Shown: positions 51,895-61,298 of the stretch, one piece after another
How positions within the stretch are numbered: position 1 is the stretch's first letter
Layout of the letters: the number at the start of each line of letters is the position of its first letter
Assembly: GCA_902592345.1 (NCBI GenBank)
Contig: CACJEE010000002.1
Location: forward strand, 37,749-101,748
Source: an uncultured Alphaproteobacteria bacterium
GTDB lineage: Bacteria > Pseudomonadota > Alphaproteobacteria > HIMB59 > GCA-002718135
Length of the DNA stretch: 64,000 bases
Direction: 5' to 3'
Notes under the pieces: generated by a model
What the model saw: the letters and a program-made list of their open reading frames with translations, nothing else
Databases searched by the model: none
Told to the model about the DNA's origin: nothing
Position numbers and translations under genes: made by a program

Positions 51895-52529
51895 GTAGTT
51901 CAGATGCGGTTGAAATTCCTTTAATTAAAGCTACCAATGAAGCACTTAAAGGGTATGGGTATTTAATCGACTCATATGAAAATAATGATATTGAAATTGT
52001 CACTTGGCCCAAACAGGGTTGGCGTGAAATTGATGAAGGTACAGGCAATGAAGGTGGGAGTACAGAGGGATCTTTCGATGCTTGGTGGGAAGGAAGTACA
52101 CTGTTCGGACAAAATAATGCTGTTCAACATAACAGCGACTATGAAGTAGACGGAAAATACATACTTGGTCATTCCTTACCCCCTGATAGTGAAGCTACAA
52201 CAAAATACATACCGCCAAAAAATATTTATATTTGGCATGTTAATTATCATCCTGATGGTGGACAGCTTTTTTATCCATCAACAAAAAGTCCTTTTATTTC
52301 ACCTTTAGCCTTACCAGGAGATGATGTGCAAGTTGGTGATTTTAAAGCTTTTTATTTTGATGGTTCGCAAGGGTTATACATTCATCCTAACATATGGCAT
52401 GAAGGAGTTTTCCCAATCGAAGAAAAATGCTCTTTTCAGGGTCGGCAAGGCAAAGTGCATGCAAGAGTGAGTATTGATTTACAAAAAGAATTTAAGAAAT
52501 ATATTTTTTTTAAAACTTCTTTAAAATAA
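51891..52529 (+). CDS. Cupin-fold protein, ureidoglycolate lyase (AllA)-like
   Basis: HPDGGQLFYP and NIWHEG motifs resemble the AllA family. ATGA overlap with the phnW stop. Confidence 0.55.
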   Translation: MSSSDAVEIPLIKATNEALKGYGYLIDSYENNDIEIVTWPKQGWREIDEGTGNEGGSTEGSFDAWWEGSTLFGQNNAVQHNSDYEVDGKYILGHSLPPDSEATTKYIPPKNIYIWHVNYHPDGGQLFYPSTKSPFISPLALPGDDVQVGDFKAFYFDGSQGLYIHPNIWHEGVFPIEEKCSFQGRQGKVHARVSIDLQKEFKKYIFFKTSLK

Positions 52530-52533
52530 ATAT

Positions 52534-53640
52534 TTATTTTTTTTCAATAACAAAAATTTCATTATTAAAATAAAGACCTTTGTTTTTAGTAACTATTTTT
52601 TGTACAACATCTTCGTAATTTTTAGATTTTTCCACTTTCATCACTTTATCATCATCTATTTGATTAACATAAATAGATGCATTCCAAGCTGAAAATATTA
52701 AAGAGGTTGCTATGCTCCCACTTAGTTCATTGGGTAAAGCTCTAAGCTTACATTTAATAATCTTTTTATCTTTAAAATTTAATTTAGCTAATAAATTTTT
52801 ATCTAAATTTTTTTTCAAATAGTGAATTATAGAATTGCTTAATGAAGGAAATGGATTTTCTTTTGGCCAGATTTTTTTTATAATTTTATTAGCTGGATCA
52901 TTCCCTGAGGCGTGAATAGTTAATAATTTCCCTTTAGGTTTTAGAGCATCAATCATAGGGCGTATGACATATTTTACTTTTTTTTCTGCTGAAATTCTTG
53001 ATCTATAAGGTTGTGAAGCAATTATTAGATCAAATTTATTTGCACCATTATTTATTCTGGGAATTAATTCATGCACATTAAATTCTTGATCTTCTCTATA
53101 TATAATCATTACTGATGGCTCTTTATAAGTTGGATTGCCATTTTTTTTATTAATTTCAATATTCCATTTTTTTTCTAAAAAAGAATTTTGACTTCTTAAT
53201 TGTTCTGCAAAATCAAGTGAGGTATCTCCTTTAAGCTTAACAACATGCCAATTAATCTTCTTCTGTTTTGTGGGATTATTAGATTTTAGATTTGCTGCTT
53301 CTGCATAATGCAGGTTTGATATAACAAATACTGTATTTTTGTGTTCAACAAATCTATCTGGTAATTTTTCTAAACCAAGTCTTACATCCTCTATACTAAT
53401 TTCCTTTGTAGAAACAAAAAGAGGTATATTTGGTTTTGCTTCATGACATTGTCTCATTACATTCATTAATAATGATCCGTCACCCATGCCTGCATCAAAT
53501 ATTTTAATGCCAGGTTTTGTTGGTTTAATTTTATTTATGTGAGGACGAATGAAATCAGCAATCTGATTTTTTTCATTAGTTGTTGTAACAAACAGCAAAT
53601 ATTTTTGCCTGTTATCATAAAATCTAAAATTTTTTTTCAT
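52534..53640 (-). CDS. Class I SAM-dependent methyltransferase-like protein, unknown substrate
   Basis: Motif I IFDAGMGDGS and an acidic post-I region. Last gene of the 55838->52534 operon. Confidence 0.6.
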   Translation of the reverse strand: MKKNFRFYDNRQKYLLFVTTTNEKNQIADFIRPHINKIKPTKPGIKIFDAGMGDGSLLMNVMRQCHEAKPNIPLFVSTKEISIEDVRLGLEKLPDRFVEHKNTVFVISNLHYAEAANLKSNNPTKQKKINWHVVKLKGDTSLDFAEQLRSQNSFLEKKWNIEINKKNGNPTYKEPSVMIIYREDQEFNVHELIPRINNGANKFDLIIASQPYRSRISAEKKVKYVIRPMIDALKPKGKLLTIHASGNDPANKIIKKIWPKENPFPSLSNSIIHYLKKNLDKNLLAKLNFKDKKIIKCKLRALPNELSGSIATSLIFSAWNASIYVNQIDDDKVMKVEKSKNYEDVVQKIVTKNKGLYFNNEIFVIEKK

Positions 53641-53641
53641 T

Positions 53642-54754
53642 CTAAAACAATCCCATTAGTTTAGCAGACGAGATAAAAGCATCTTTATTCCCAATAAAAT
53701 TTTTACCTCTTTCACCTAAGAAAGCATCATCTACAATATTATTCCACTCTTGAACAGGAACTTTTATTTCATTTAAGTTTAATGGAACTTCCAAAGAGCG
53801 CATAAATTCACTTAATTTTAAAGATGAATTTTCTAAATTATCATTAAAGATTAATTGTAATCTTTCTTCAGCAATTTTATCTATTCCAATCATGCTTCTA
53901 GTAACAATCGGAAGGGTAAATGAACAAGCAATACCATGTTGAATACCATAATTTAGAGTAATTGGATAAGACAAGTTATGAGCAATAGCAGTTTTAGTAT
54001 TTGAAAATGCTAATCCTGCATGCACACATGCACGCGCAATATTAGCACGTAATTCAATATTTTTTAAATCTTTTGCTAGTAATGGTAAATTTTCTAAAAC
54101 CAATTTTGATGCTTGAATTGCATGTGATGCTGAAACTGGATTAGCGTTAACATTCCATATACTCTCCATCGAGTGTGACAATGCATCTAAACCAGTTGAA
54201 ATTGTAAGACCAAGAGGTTTGTCAATCATAATTGACGGATCAATAATTGCTTTTTCTGCGTAAAGTGTTTTATGTGCTAAAGAAAGTTTGTTATTTTTTT
54301 CTTTATCCCAGATTGTAGCCCAACAAGTAAGTTCACTAGACGTGCCAGATGTCGTAGGAACAGCAATAATTTTAATAGGATTTTCAACTTTCGGATTTTT
54401 TTTATTTCTTACAAAATCAGTTAAGTATTCCTGTTTATCTCTAAAAGCAGCAATGGCTTTTGCTGTATCCGTTACAGAACCTCCACCAATAGCTAAAATA
54501 TAATCAACAGTTTTATCAATTGAGGCAAATTTATTTTGAAGTTCTAATATATCTTTATAGTCTGGGTTAGGTTGAACATCTGTCATAATAGACAGTGGTG
54601 GATTAGAGGAAGAACTCAATTCATCACTATATTTTTTAAAAATTTCTTCTGGGTGAGTAATAATTATATAGGATTTATTTTTAAGTGCTGAATGTACTTC
54701 TTTAAATTTATTTTCACCAAATATAATCTCTACCGGATTATAGTAACTCCACAT
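53642..54754 (-). CDS. Iron-containing alcohol dehydrogenase, phosphonate-associated type (putative phosphonoacetaldehyde reductase / 2-HEP dehydrogenase)
   Basis: MWSYYNPVEIIFG start, GGGSVTD, Fe-ADH His cluster (LSHSMES, AHNLSYP). Confidence 0.78.
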   Translation of the reverse strand: MWSYYNPVEIIFGENKFKEVHSALKNKSYIIITHPEEIFKKYSDELSSSSNPPLSIMTDVQPNPDYKDILELQNKFASIDKTVDYILAIGGGSVTDTAKAIAAFRDKQEYLTDFVRNKKNPKVENPIKIIAVPTTSGTSSELTCWATIWDKEKNNKLSLAHKTLYAEKAIIDPSIMIDKPLGLTISTGLDALSHSMESIWNVNANPVSASHAIQASKLVLENLPLLAKDLKNIELRANIARACVHAGLAFSNTKTAIAHNLSYPITLNYGIQHGIACSFTLPIVTRSMIGIDKIAEERLQLIFNDNLENSSLKLSEFMRSLEVPLNLNEIKVPVQEWNNIVDDAFLGERGKNFIGNKDAFISSAKLMGLF

Positions 54755-54758
54755 TTTG

Positions 54759-55838
54759 TTAAATTGATTTTGCAGCTTTTGACAAAATTGTCATTTTTTC
54801 AATTGCTTGCTCTCTTGTAAAGAATCCTAAACCACAATCTGGGGCAGCAATTAAACGATGCTCATCAATATGTTCTAAAGAGTCTTTCATTCGAGTTCTC
54901 ACTTCCTCTACAGACTCCATTCTGCTTTTAGCAATATCAATAAATCCAAAAATAACTTTTGTTTTTTTAAATTTTTCTAAAAGATTTAAATCATTATGTC
55001 TGTGAGAGTCTTCTAGAGATACTTCATCAATAGTAGAGTCATCAACTAAAGTAGCAATTCTATCATATGCATCTAAGTCTGCTTTTTTATATCCTTCAGA
55101 GTCAAGACAGTTTGGATAACCACAACAGATGTGACAAACCCTTTGCACATCTTTAGGGATTCCGTGCATCATTCTCTCTAAGTTCTCCATGCCATATGTA
55201 TTAGCTTCTTCTGGTTTTCTTGCAAAAACCGGTTCATCAATTTGAATATATTTACAACCAGCATCAACGAGTGCTTTTATTTCTTCGTTTAGAGCTAATG
55301 CTAAATCAAAACCCAGTTTTTTAAGATCATCATAATAGTTGTTTGCAATTGAGTCGGTTATTGTCATAGGACCAGGAAGAGTAATCTTTACCGGATTTTT
55401 AGTAAATTGTTGAGCGCTTTTCCAGTCTAATGGCATGCGTATCTCTTTACTTGAAACTGGACCAATTATTGTTGGAACACTTGCTTCAAAAGCTCCTTGT
55501 CTTACTGACTTATGAGTTACTTCTTCAAAGCTTATATTATTTAGAAAACGACATTGGTGAAAAACATAACTTTCTCTTCTTACTTCCCCATCTGTTGGTA
55601 TATCAATACCGGCATTAACTTGATCTATTATAACTTCTTTAATTGCATCTAAAAATAAGTTTTCTACATCATCACCAGCTTTCTCTATTGCTTTTTCGTA
55701 GGCACCAGGTGACCAATTTGCCAATAATCCTTTAGCAGCTTTTTTTTCTTCTTCAGATTTAGTACCTAAAAACCAATCATTAATAGGAGTATTTTTTGGT
55801 TTTGGATAAGCGCCGATGGTAGTTGTAATTAGAGGCAT
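54759..55838 (-). CDS. Core MetE-like (cobalamin-independent methionine synthase C-terminal domain) zinc methyltransferase
   Basis: 359 aa single (beta/alpha)8 domain. Zinc-ligand pattern CHICC ... LED ... PDCGL is intact. Confidence 0.78.
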   Translation of the reverse strand: MPLITTTIGAYPKPKNTPINDWFLGTKSEEEKKAAKGLLANWSPGAYEKAIEKAGDDVENLFLDAIKEVIIDQVNAGIDIPTDGEVRRESYVFHQCRFLNNISFEEVTHKSVRQGAFEASVPTIIGPVSSKEIRMPLDWKSAQQFTKNPVKITLPGPMTITDSIANNYYDDLKKLGFDLALALNEEIKALVDAGCKYIQIDEPVFARKPEEANTYGMENLERMMHGIPKDVQRVCHICCGYPNCLDSEGYKKADLDAYDRIATLVDDSTIDEVSLEDSHRHNDLNLLEKFKKTKVIFGFIDIAKSRMESVEEVRTRMKDSLEHIDEHRLIAAPDCGLGFFTREQAIEKMTILSKAAKSI

Positions 55839-55862
55839 AATATATTCTCCGTTGATTCTTAC

Positions 55863-55893
55863 AAATAAAACAGCGGCTTTTATAAAGCCGCTG
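55863..55893 (-). terminator. Strong hairpin + U-tract between the SBP gene and the MetE-like gene
   Basis: Minus strand: CAGCGGCTTT-ATA-AAAGCCGCTG followed by TTTTATTT. Confidence 0.8.
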
Positions 55894-55924
55894 CAATAAA
55901 ATGTTAATAATTAATCAATCTTTT

Positions 55925-57178
55925 TTATAAAAGATCGTTTATTTCTTCCATCATCTCTTCTTGAAGATCGCCCATATCATCAGCACTACCAGTAGCAATT
56001 TCCTCAGTGTAATCATAGATTACTTGAGTGATTGCTAGTCCGTTTTCACCAGGATATGCAAACCAATCTGCTAAGAGTGGAAGTTGATCAACTGCAGTAA
56101 GTTTATTTGGATTTGCACTATAGAAATCACCTAATAAATCATTAGCTGCTTTGTTTGGTGGAACATAACCAGTAGTTTCAGCAACTAATGCTGCGCCAAT
56201 ACCTGAAGTAATAAACTTCAAGAATGTCCAAGCCGCGTCTACTCTTGCAGGATCATCAGATGTAGAAGTTAGCATTGCTGCATTTCCACCTGCTGGTAAT
56301 CTTGCTGGAGTTCCATTATTTACACCTGCCATTCCAGGGAATGGAGCTGTCTTAAGGACGAAATCTGCTTTTGCTGCATTTACTGAACCTAAACTTGAAG
56401 TTGACCAGAACATCATACCAATAGTGCCTGCATTAAATGCAGCTTGACCATCAGCAATTGAATAGTTAGGCATATTACATCCGCTCATAATATCATGCAT
56501 TTGTTGTAAAGTTGCTAAACCAGCATCTCCGCCTAAGTTAACTTTTCCATCTTCAACAATTTTAACATTTTGAGTATGCATTAATGCTTGGTGGAACCAG
56601 TTACCTGTAATGTTCCAACCGAAATATAAAGTTCCACTTCCAGCTGCTTCTAATTTTCCACAAGCATCAATAACTTCATCCCAGTTAGTTGGAATGCTAT
56701 CTATGCCTGCTGCAGCTAATAAATCCATGTTATAGTATCCTACAGGAGTTGATACAGAAAATGGTAAACCATAAACCTCTCCTCCAAATGTTGAAAGACT
56801 TAACATTGCAGAATGGTAACCGTCTTTTTCAAAATCAGCTTCTTTTGCAATGAATGGTTCTAAAGATTTTGCAATACCTTTATCTACTAGAGGAGCTTGT
56901 CTGTTAAGACCCTGCATTGTAACATCAGGTAGATTACCAGAAGTTGCTTCTCTTAAAATTGTAGCAGTTGCATCTTCATAGTTTTCGTAAGTTGCTCTAA
57001 ACTTTACTTGAATATCTGGATGTGCTTTTTCAAACTCTGGCATAATAGCTTGATAAGTAACATCAAATAAACCTGAGTAAGGATAAGCTACTTCTATTTC
57101 TATAGACTTCGCTGAATTAACTGAACCATAAAAACCAAAAGCTAATATGGCTGCTAATCCTGTAATTAATTTTTTCAT
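55925..57178 (-). CDS. Family-1 (CUT1, UgpB/sugar-type) ABC substrate-binding protein
   Basis: Signal peptide MKKLITGLAAILAFGFYGSVNSA, 417 aa, strong GGAGG RBS. Confidence 0.8.
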   Translation of the reverse strand: MKKLITGLAAILAFGFYGSVNSAKSIEIEVAYPYSGLFDVTYQAIMPEFEKAHPDIQVKFRATYENYEDATATILREATSGNLPDVTMQGLNRQAPLVDKGIAKSLEPFIAKEADFEKDGYHSAMLSLSTFGGEVYGLPFSVSTPVGYYNMDLLAAAGIDSIPTNWDEVIDACGKLEAAGSGTLYFGWNITGNWFHQALMHTQNVKIVEDGKVNLGGDAGLATLQQMHDIMSGCNMPNYSIADGQAAFNAGTIGMMFWSTSSLGSVNAAKADFVLKTAPFPGMAGVNNGTPARLPAGGNAAMLTSTSDDPARVDAAWTFLKFITSGIGAALVAETTGYVPPNKAANDLLGDFYSANPNKLTAVDQLPLLADWFAYPGENGLAITQVIYDYTEEIATGSADDMGDLQEEMMEEINDLL

Positions 57179-57318
57179 CTAATCCTCCCAATTATATTTA
57201 AAAATTGTAGTTTTTTTAACATGAAGATAAAAATCAATTACTATTTATTTCCAATAATTTTTAAAAAAAATGTATTTTTTCCACAGAATGATAAATTCTT
57301 ATATAAAAACTAAGGTTT

Positions 57319-58758
57319 TTACCAAGGTAGGGAGAAAGTCTTCACATTAGTAAAGCTCTTCATCGCCTCAATAACACCCTCTTTGTATCCCAATCCCGAG
57401 TCTTTAATTCCCCCAAAAGGAGACATTTCAATTCTATATCCAGGTACTTCCCAAATATTGACAGTTCCAACATTTAAGTTTTGAATATATTTTTTTGCTC
57501 TCATAAAATTATTAGTGCACACGCCTGAAGATAATCCAAAAGCAGTTGAATTTGAGATCTTGATGACAGATTCATCATCATTGGGAACGCGTATAATTGG
57601 AATAACAGGTCCAAAAGTTTCTTCCAATACTAATTCACTTTTAGGATCAACATTATCAATTACTATAGGAGGCAATAACGCCCCTTTTCTTCCAGGATGA
57701 TATAAAATTTTCGCACCATCTGCTTCTGCCATAGAAACTCTTTTATCAAATAGTTCAGCTGCTTGAGCATTAACAACGGTACCTAAATCAGTTTCCATGC
57801 TCATTGGATCTCCAAACTTAATTTTTTTAGCTCTTTCCAAAGCCATTTCAACAAACTGATCAGCAATTTTTTCTTGAACAAGAATTCTTTTAACTGCAGT
57901 ACAGCGTTGTCCTGAATTTTTTGTTGCACCAGTTACTGCTAATTCAACAGCTTTCTTTAAATCATCTGAATCTAAATCATTTAAAACAATTAGGGGATCA
58001 TTTCCGCCAAGTTCAAGAACAGTTCTTTTGTATCCTGCCTGTTCAGCAATTAGTTTTCCAACACCAACACTTCCCGTAAAAGTAATAAGATCAATATTGG
58101 GATTTTTTATCATTTCTGAACCGATATCTTGTGGCCATCCTGTAACAACAGAAAACATTTCTGGTGGTAGACCAGCTTCATACAAAACATCCGCAAGAAC
58201 CATTGCTGTTAATGGAGTTAACTCTGTCTGTTTGCAAACTGTACAATTATTCGTTGCAATAGAAGGTGCAATTTTGTGAGCCACCATATTTAAAGGGTGA
58301 TTAAATGGTGTTATTGCCGAAATAGCTGTTAATGGTTCTCTTATTGTAAATATCTTTCTAGCTTTACCGTGTGGAGTTAAATCACATGAAAAAATTTCTC
58401 CATCATCATATATACACAATTGTGCTGTTAAAGAAAAAACATCAAATGCTCTGCCGACTTCATACAATGAGTCTTGTTTTGAAATTCCAAGTTCTAAGGT
58501 AATAATATCAGAAATCTCTTCTTTTCTCTTTACAAGTACTTCAGCTGCAGTTTGAAGTATTTTTTGTCTTTCATATCGTGTAAGCTTTGATTGATAATTT
58601 GCTGCAATTTCAAGGGCCTGTCTTGCATGTTCAGCATTTCCTGCAGGAACCGTACCAATGACTTCACCCGTAAAAGGATACTCAACATCAATTGTTTTTT
58701 CAAAAGTTACTTTTTTGCCAGCAATTCGCATAGCTTCATTAATCATTTTCTTTTCCAT
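57319..58758 (-). CDS. phnY: Aldehyde dehydrogenase, phosphonoacetaldehyde dehydrogenase-like
   Basis: ALDH motifs ELGGNDP and catalytic Cys in GQRCTA. TAATG overlap with phnA. Confidence 0.8.
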   Translation of the reverse strand: MEKKMINEAMRIAGKKVTFEKTIDVEYPFTGEVIGTVPAGNAEHARQALEIAANYQSKLTRYERQKILQTAAEVLVKRKEEISDIITLELGISKQDSLYEVGRAFDVFSLTAQLCIYDDGEIFSCDLTPHGKARKIFTIREPLTAISAITPFNHPLNMVAHKIAPSIATNNCTVCKQTELTPLTAMVLADVLYEAGLPPEMFSVVTGWPQDIGSEMIKNPNIDLITFTGSVGVGKLIAEQAGYKRTVLELGGNDPLIVLNDLDSDDLKKAVELAVTGATKNSGQRCTAVKRILVQEKIADQFVEMALERAKKIKFGDPMSMETDLGTVVNAQAAELFDKRVSMAEADGAKILYHPGRKGALLPPIVIDNVDPKSELVLEETFGPVIPIIRVPNDDESVIKISNSTAFGLSSGVCTNNFMRAKKYIQNLNVGTVNIWEVPGYRIEMSPFGGIKDSGLGYKEGVIEAMKSFTNVKTFSLPW

Positions 58759-59999
58759 TACAGAGCTCCATTAATTGCATAGTAGAATGCATCATAATTA
58801 TATAACTGTTTTTCATTATTGTAATTTTGTATTTTTAGATTTGATATAAAAGGCACTTCTCGCTCATGCAAACCACCATGAGAACGTAAAGGTTCATTTA
58901 ATCCAGAAAGATTATGTTTATCTTCCGATGATCCAATGGTCATAAATTCTGAGGACATACATATTATATCACCCATTCGATCAGGTGGTAGATTGTATGT
59001 ATTGCAACCTTCGTCTTTGGTTAACACTACCTCTATATCCTTAATTTCTTTAATTGATTTTATAACGTCATTAACTTTAGTTTTATCTTCAAGATAAATT
59101 GTTGCAAATGAACCTAATGATCCATGATGAACAACATAAGGATCAGTTATTGGTAAAATAACTTTTACTACATTTGGTTCAAATTTTTTATCCAGATAGT
59201 CTTGTAAAAAAATTGCATTGGGTGAACCATCGTCTTTTGATTTAGGTTTCATACCATGATCAGCCGTAATAATTATTGATACATCACCCTTATTTAAAAG
59301 GCCAATATATTTATCAAACATAGCATAAAACTTATTAGCCACTTCATTTCCTGGTGCATACTTATGTTGAATATAATCTGTTGTAGATAAGTACATTATA
59401 TTTGGTTTAAATTCCTCAAGTAGTTTTACTCCAGCTGCCATGACAAATTCGGAAAGACCTTGAGAGTATACTTCCGGTACAGGCATTCCTAACCATTCAT
59501 TAACATTATCAATACCATTATGTTCTTTTGTTGCCTGATCAGATTTTTCCGCCGAAAAACATATTGCTCGATTATCATCAAATCCTAAACCATTTCCCAA
59601 AAGAGTTCTAAGTTTATCTTTTGCAGTAACAAGAGCAATCTTTGATCCAGAATTATAAAATTTTTCAAATATTGTTGGCGCACGCATATATTTTGGATCA
59701 TTCATCATTACTTCTTCCCCTGTTTCAGGAGTGTAAAAGAAATTACCACATATGCCGTGAACAGAGCTAGGTTGCCCTGTTACAATTGATATATTATTTG
59801 GATTTGTAAAACTTGGGATAGCACTATGAACAAGTAAACTTTGTCCATTAGAAATTAATGCATCAATATTAGGTGTAAGATTTAGTTTTGATGCCTCTTC
59901 AAGATACTCTTTTTGGCTTCCATCAAGACAAATAACTATAGCTGTCTTAGAAAATGTGCTTGGATATTCTCTGTTATTAATTACTAAATTTTCAGACAC
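58758..59999 (-). CDS. phnA: Phosphonoacetate hydrolase
   Basis: Alkaline-phosphatase superfamily. Long collinear identity to Pseudomonas PhnA as recalled: [59 protein letters not shown]. Confidence 0.92.
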   Translation of the reverse strand: MSENLVINNREYPSTFSKTAIVICLDGSQKEYLEEASKLNLTPNIDALISNGQSLLVHSAIPSFTNPNNISIVTGQPSSVHGICGNFFYTPETGEEVMMNDPKYMRAPTIFEKFYNSGSKIALVTAKDKLRTLLGNGLGFDDNRAICFSAEKSDQATKEHNGIDNVNEWLGMPVPEVYSQGLSEFVMAAGVKLLEEFKPNIMYLSTTDYIQHKYAPGNEVANKFYAMFDKYIGLLNKGDVSIIITADHGMKPKSKDDGSPNAIFLQDYLDKKFEPNVVKVILPITDPYVVHHGSLGSFATIYLEDKTKVNDVIKSIKEIKDIEVVLTKDEGCNTYNLPPDRMGDIICMSSEFMTIGSSEDKHNLSGLNEPLRSHGGLHEREVPFISNLKIQNYNNEKQLYNYDAFYYAINGAL

Positions 60000-60152
60000 A
60001 ATGATTAATATATAATTTAAAAATTGAATTTATAGTTATATGTTCCTTAAACTCAATAATAATTTATGTTTTTGTTCATAAAATTTAGATAAAAATGAAA
60101 TAAATTTATTTTAAAAAATCATAAAATTTAATACAAAGTATATATAAAAAAA

Positions 60153-60160
60153 GGGGGGGG
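60153..60160 (+). promoter_or_regulatory. G8 homopolymer forming the Shine-Dalgarno region of the CUT1 ATPase gene
   Basis: aaGGGGGGGGtcaaATG, 4 nt before the start at 60165. Confidence 0.85.
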
Positions 60161-60164
60161 TCAA

Positions 60165-61298
60165 ATGGGCACAATATCACTTAAAAATATTTCAAAATCA
60201 TTTGGATCTACCCAGGTATTAAAAGATCTAAACGTAGATATAATAGAAGGTGAATTTTTAACATTAGTTGGTCCATCTGGTTGTGGCAAATCTACCTTAC
60301 TTCGAATTATAGCAGGTCTTGAGCAACAAACTTCTGGTGATGTTTTAATTGATAATAAAAATGTAAACAGAATTAGAGCTAGTGAAAGAGACCTAGCAAT
60401 GGTGTTTCAGTCTTATGCTCTGTATCCTCATCTCACAGTAAGAAGAAATTTAGAAACCCCTCTTAGACTTAGAGATTATAGTACATTTGAAAGATTACCT
60501 TTAATTGGAAATTTGTCTCCAAATAAGAAACAAAAAACAGAATCTATAAATCAATTAGTCAGTAAAACTTCTGAGACACTTAAAATCTCTGAGCTACTTG
60601 ATAGAAAGCCAGGTCAACTATCTGGTGGTCAAAGACAGAGAGTAGCTCTTGGTAGAGCAATGGTGAGAGAGCCTGTTGCATTTTTGATGGATGAGCCTCT
60701 GTCAAATTTAGATGCGGCACTTAGAGTTCATATGAGATCAGAGTTATCAGAGCTTCACAATTCTCTTAAAACTACATTTGTTTATGTAACACATGATCAA
60801 GCTGAAGCATTAACAATGTCTTCTCGTATGGCTGTTATGATTGATGGAAATTTATTACAGCTTGATACCCCTCAAGAGGTATATGATAACCCTTCATCGC
60901 TAAGTGTGGCTCAATTTGTAGGAAGTCCTAAAATTAATATTTTTAAAGGTTCATCAGATTCAAATGGAACTGTAAGCCTACTAAATCTCACCTTAAAAAG
61001 AAAAAGTTCAGAATCAAATCTAGAGCTAAATATTGGTATTAGACCTGAACATTTAGAAATTACAAATCAAAGTGATGAAAATACTTTTAGTGCAACAGTT
61101 TCTTATAGAGAGAATTTAGGGTCAGATATTTTCTTTCATGTAAATACAGAAGATGGAATGAATAGAATAATTGTTAGAGGTATACCGCAATTAACACATG
61201 AGATTTCTAGTGGTTCAAAAGTAAACATTAGAAGAGTTTCTAATAAAGCTTTATTATTTAATAAAGAAGGAAAAAGGGTTCAATTTAATAATGCATAA
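60165..61298 (+). CDS. CUT1 ABC ATPase (UgpC/MalK-like)
   Basis: GPSGCGKST, LSGGQRQR, FLMDEP, C-terminal TOBE-like domain. Confidence 0.88.
   Translation: MGTISLKNISKSFGSTQVLKDLNVDIIEGEFLTLVGPSGCGKSTLLRIIAGLEQQTSGDVLIDNKNVNRIRASERDLAMVFQSYALYPHLTVRRNLETPLRLRDYSTFERLPLIGNLSPNKKQKTESINQLVSKTSETLKISELLDRKPGQLSGGQRQRVALGRAMVREPVAFLMDEPLSNLDAALRVHMRSELSELHNSLKTTFVYVTHDQAEALTMSSRMAVMIDGNLLQLDTPQEVYDNPSSLSVAQFVGSPKINIFKGSSDSNGTVSLLNLTLKRKSSESNLELNIGIRPEHLEITNQSDENTFSATVSYRENLGSDIFFHVNTEDGMNRIIVRGIPQLTHEISSGSKVNIRRVSNKALLFNKEGKRVQFNNA

Noticed and set aside
51891-52529. The cupin as methylphosphonate synthase or HEP dioxygenase (MpnS/HepD), and the Fe-ADH as part of a phosphonate biosynthetic cluster
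   Set aside because: MpnS and HepD are roughly 440-460-aa bicupins, whereas this ORF is 212 aa with AllA-like motifs. No PEP mutase or phosphonopyruvate decarboxylase is present, so a catabolic context is more likely.
57175-57222. 15-codon upstream ORF (MLKKLQFLNIIGRIR) whose TGA overlaps the ATG of the CUT1 SBP gene
   Set aside because: It is very short, has no RBS of its own, is AT-rich and is easily produced by chance. The GGAGG inside it is simply the SD of the SBP gene.
60060-60110. Third Pho-box-like periodic hexamer set (TTCATA-N5-TAGATA-N5-GAAATA) in the phnA | ATPase spacer
   Set aside because: It shares only the A/T pattern with the other two candidates. Periodicity of this kind is common in AT-rich curved DNA, so it is too weak to call.
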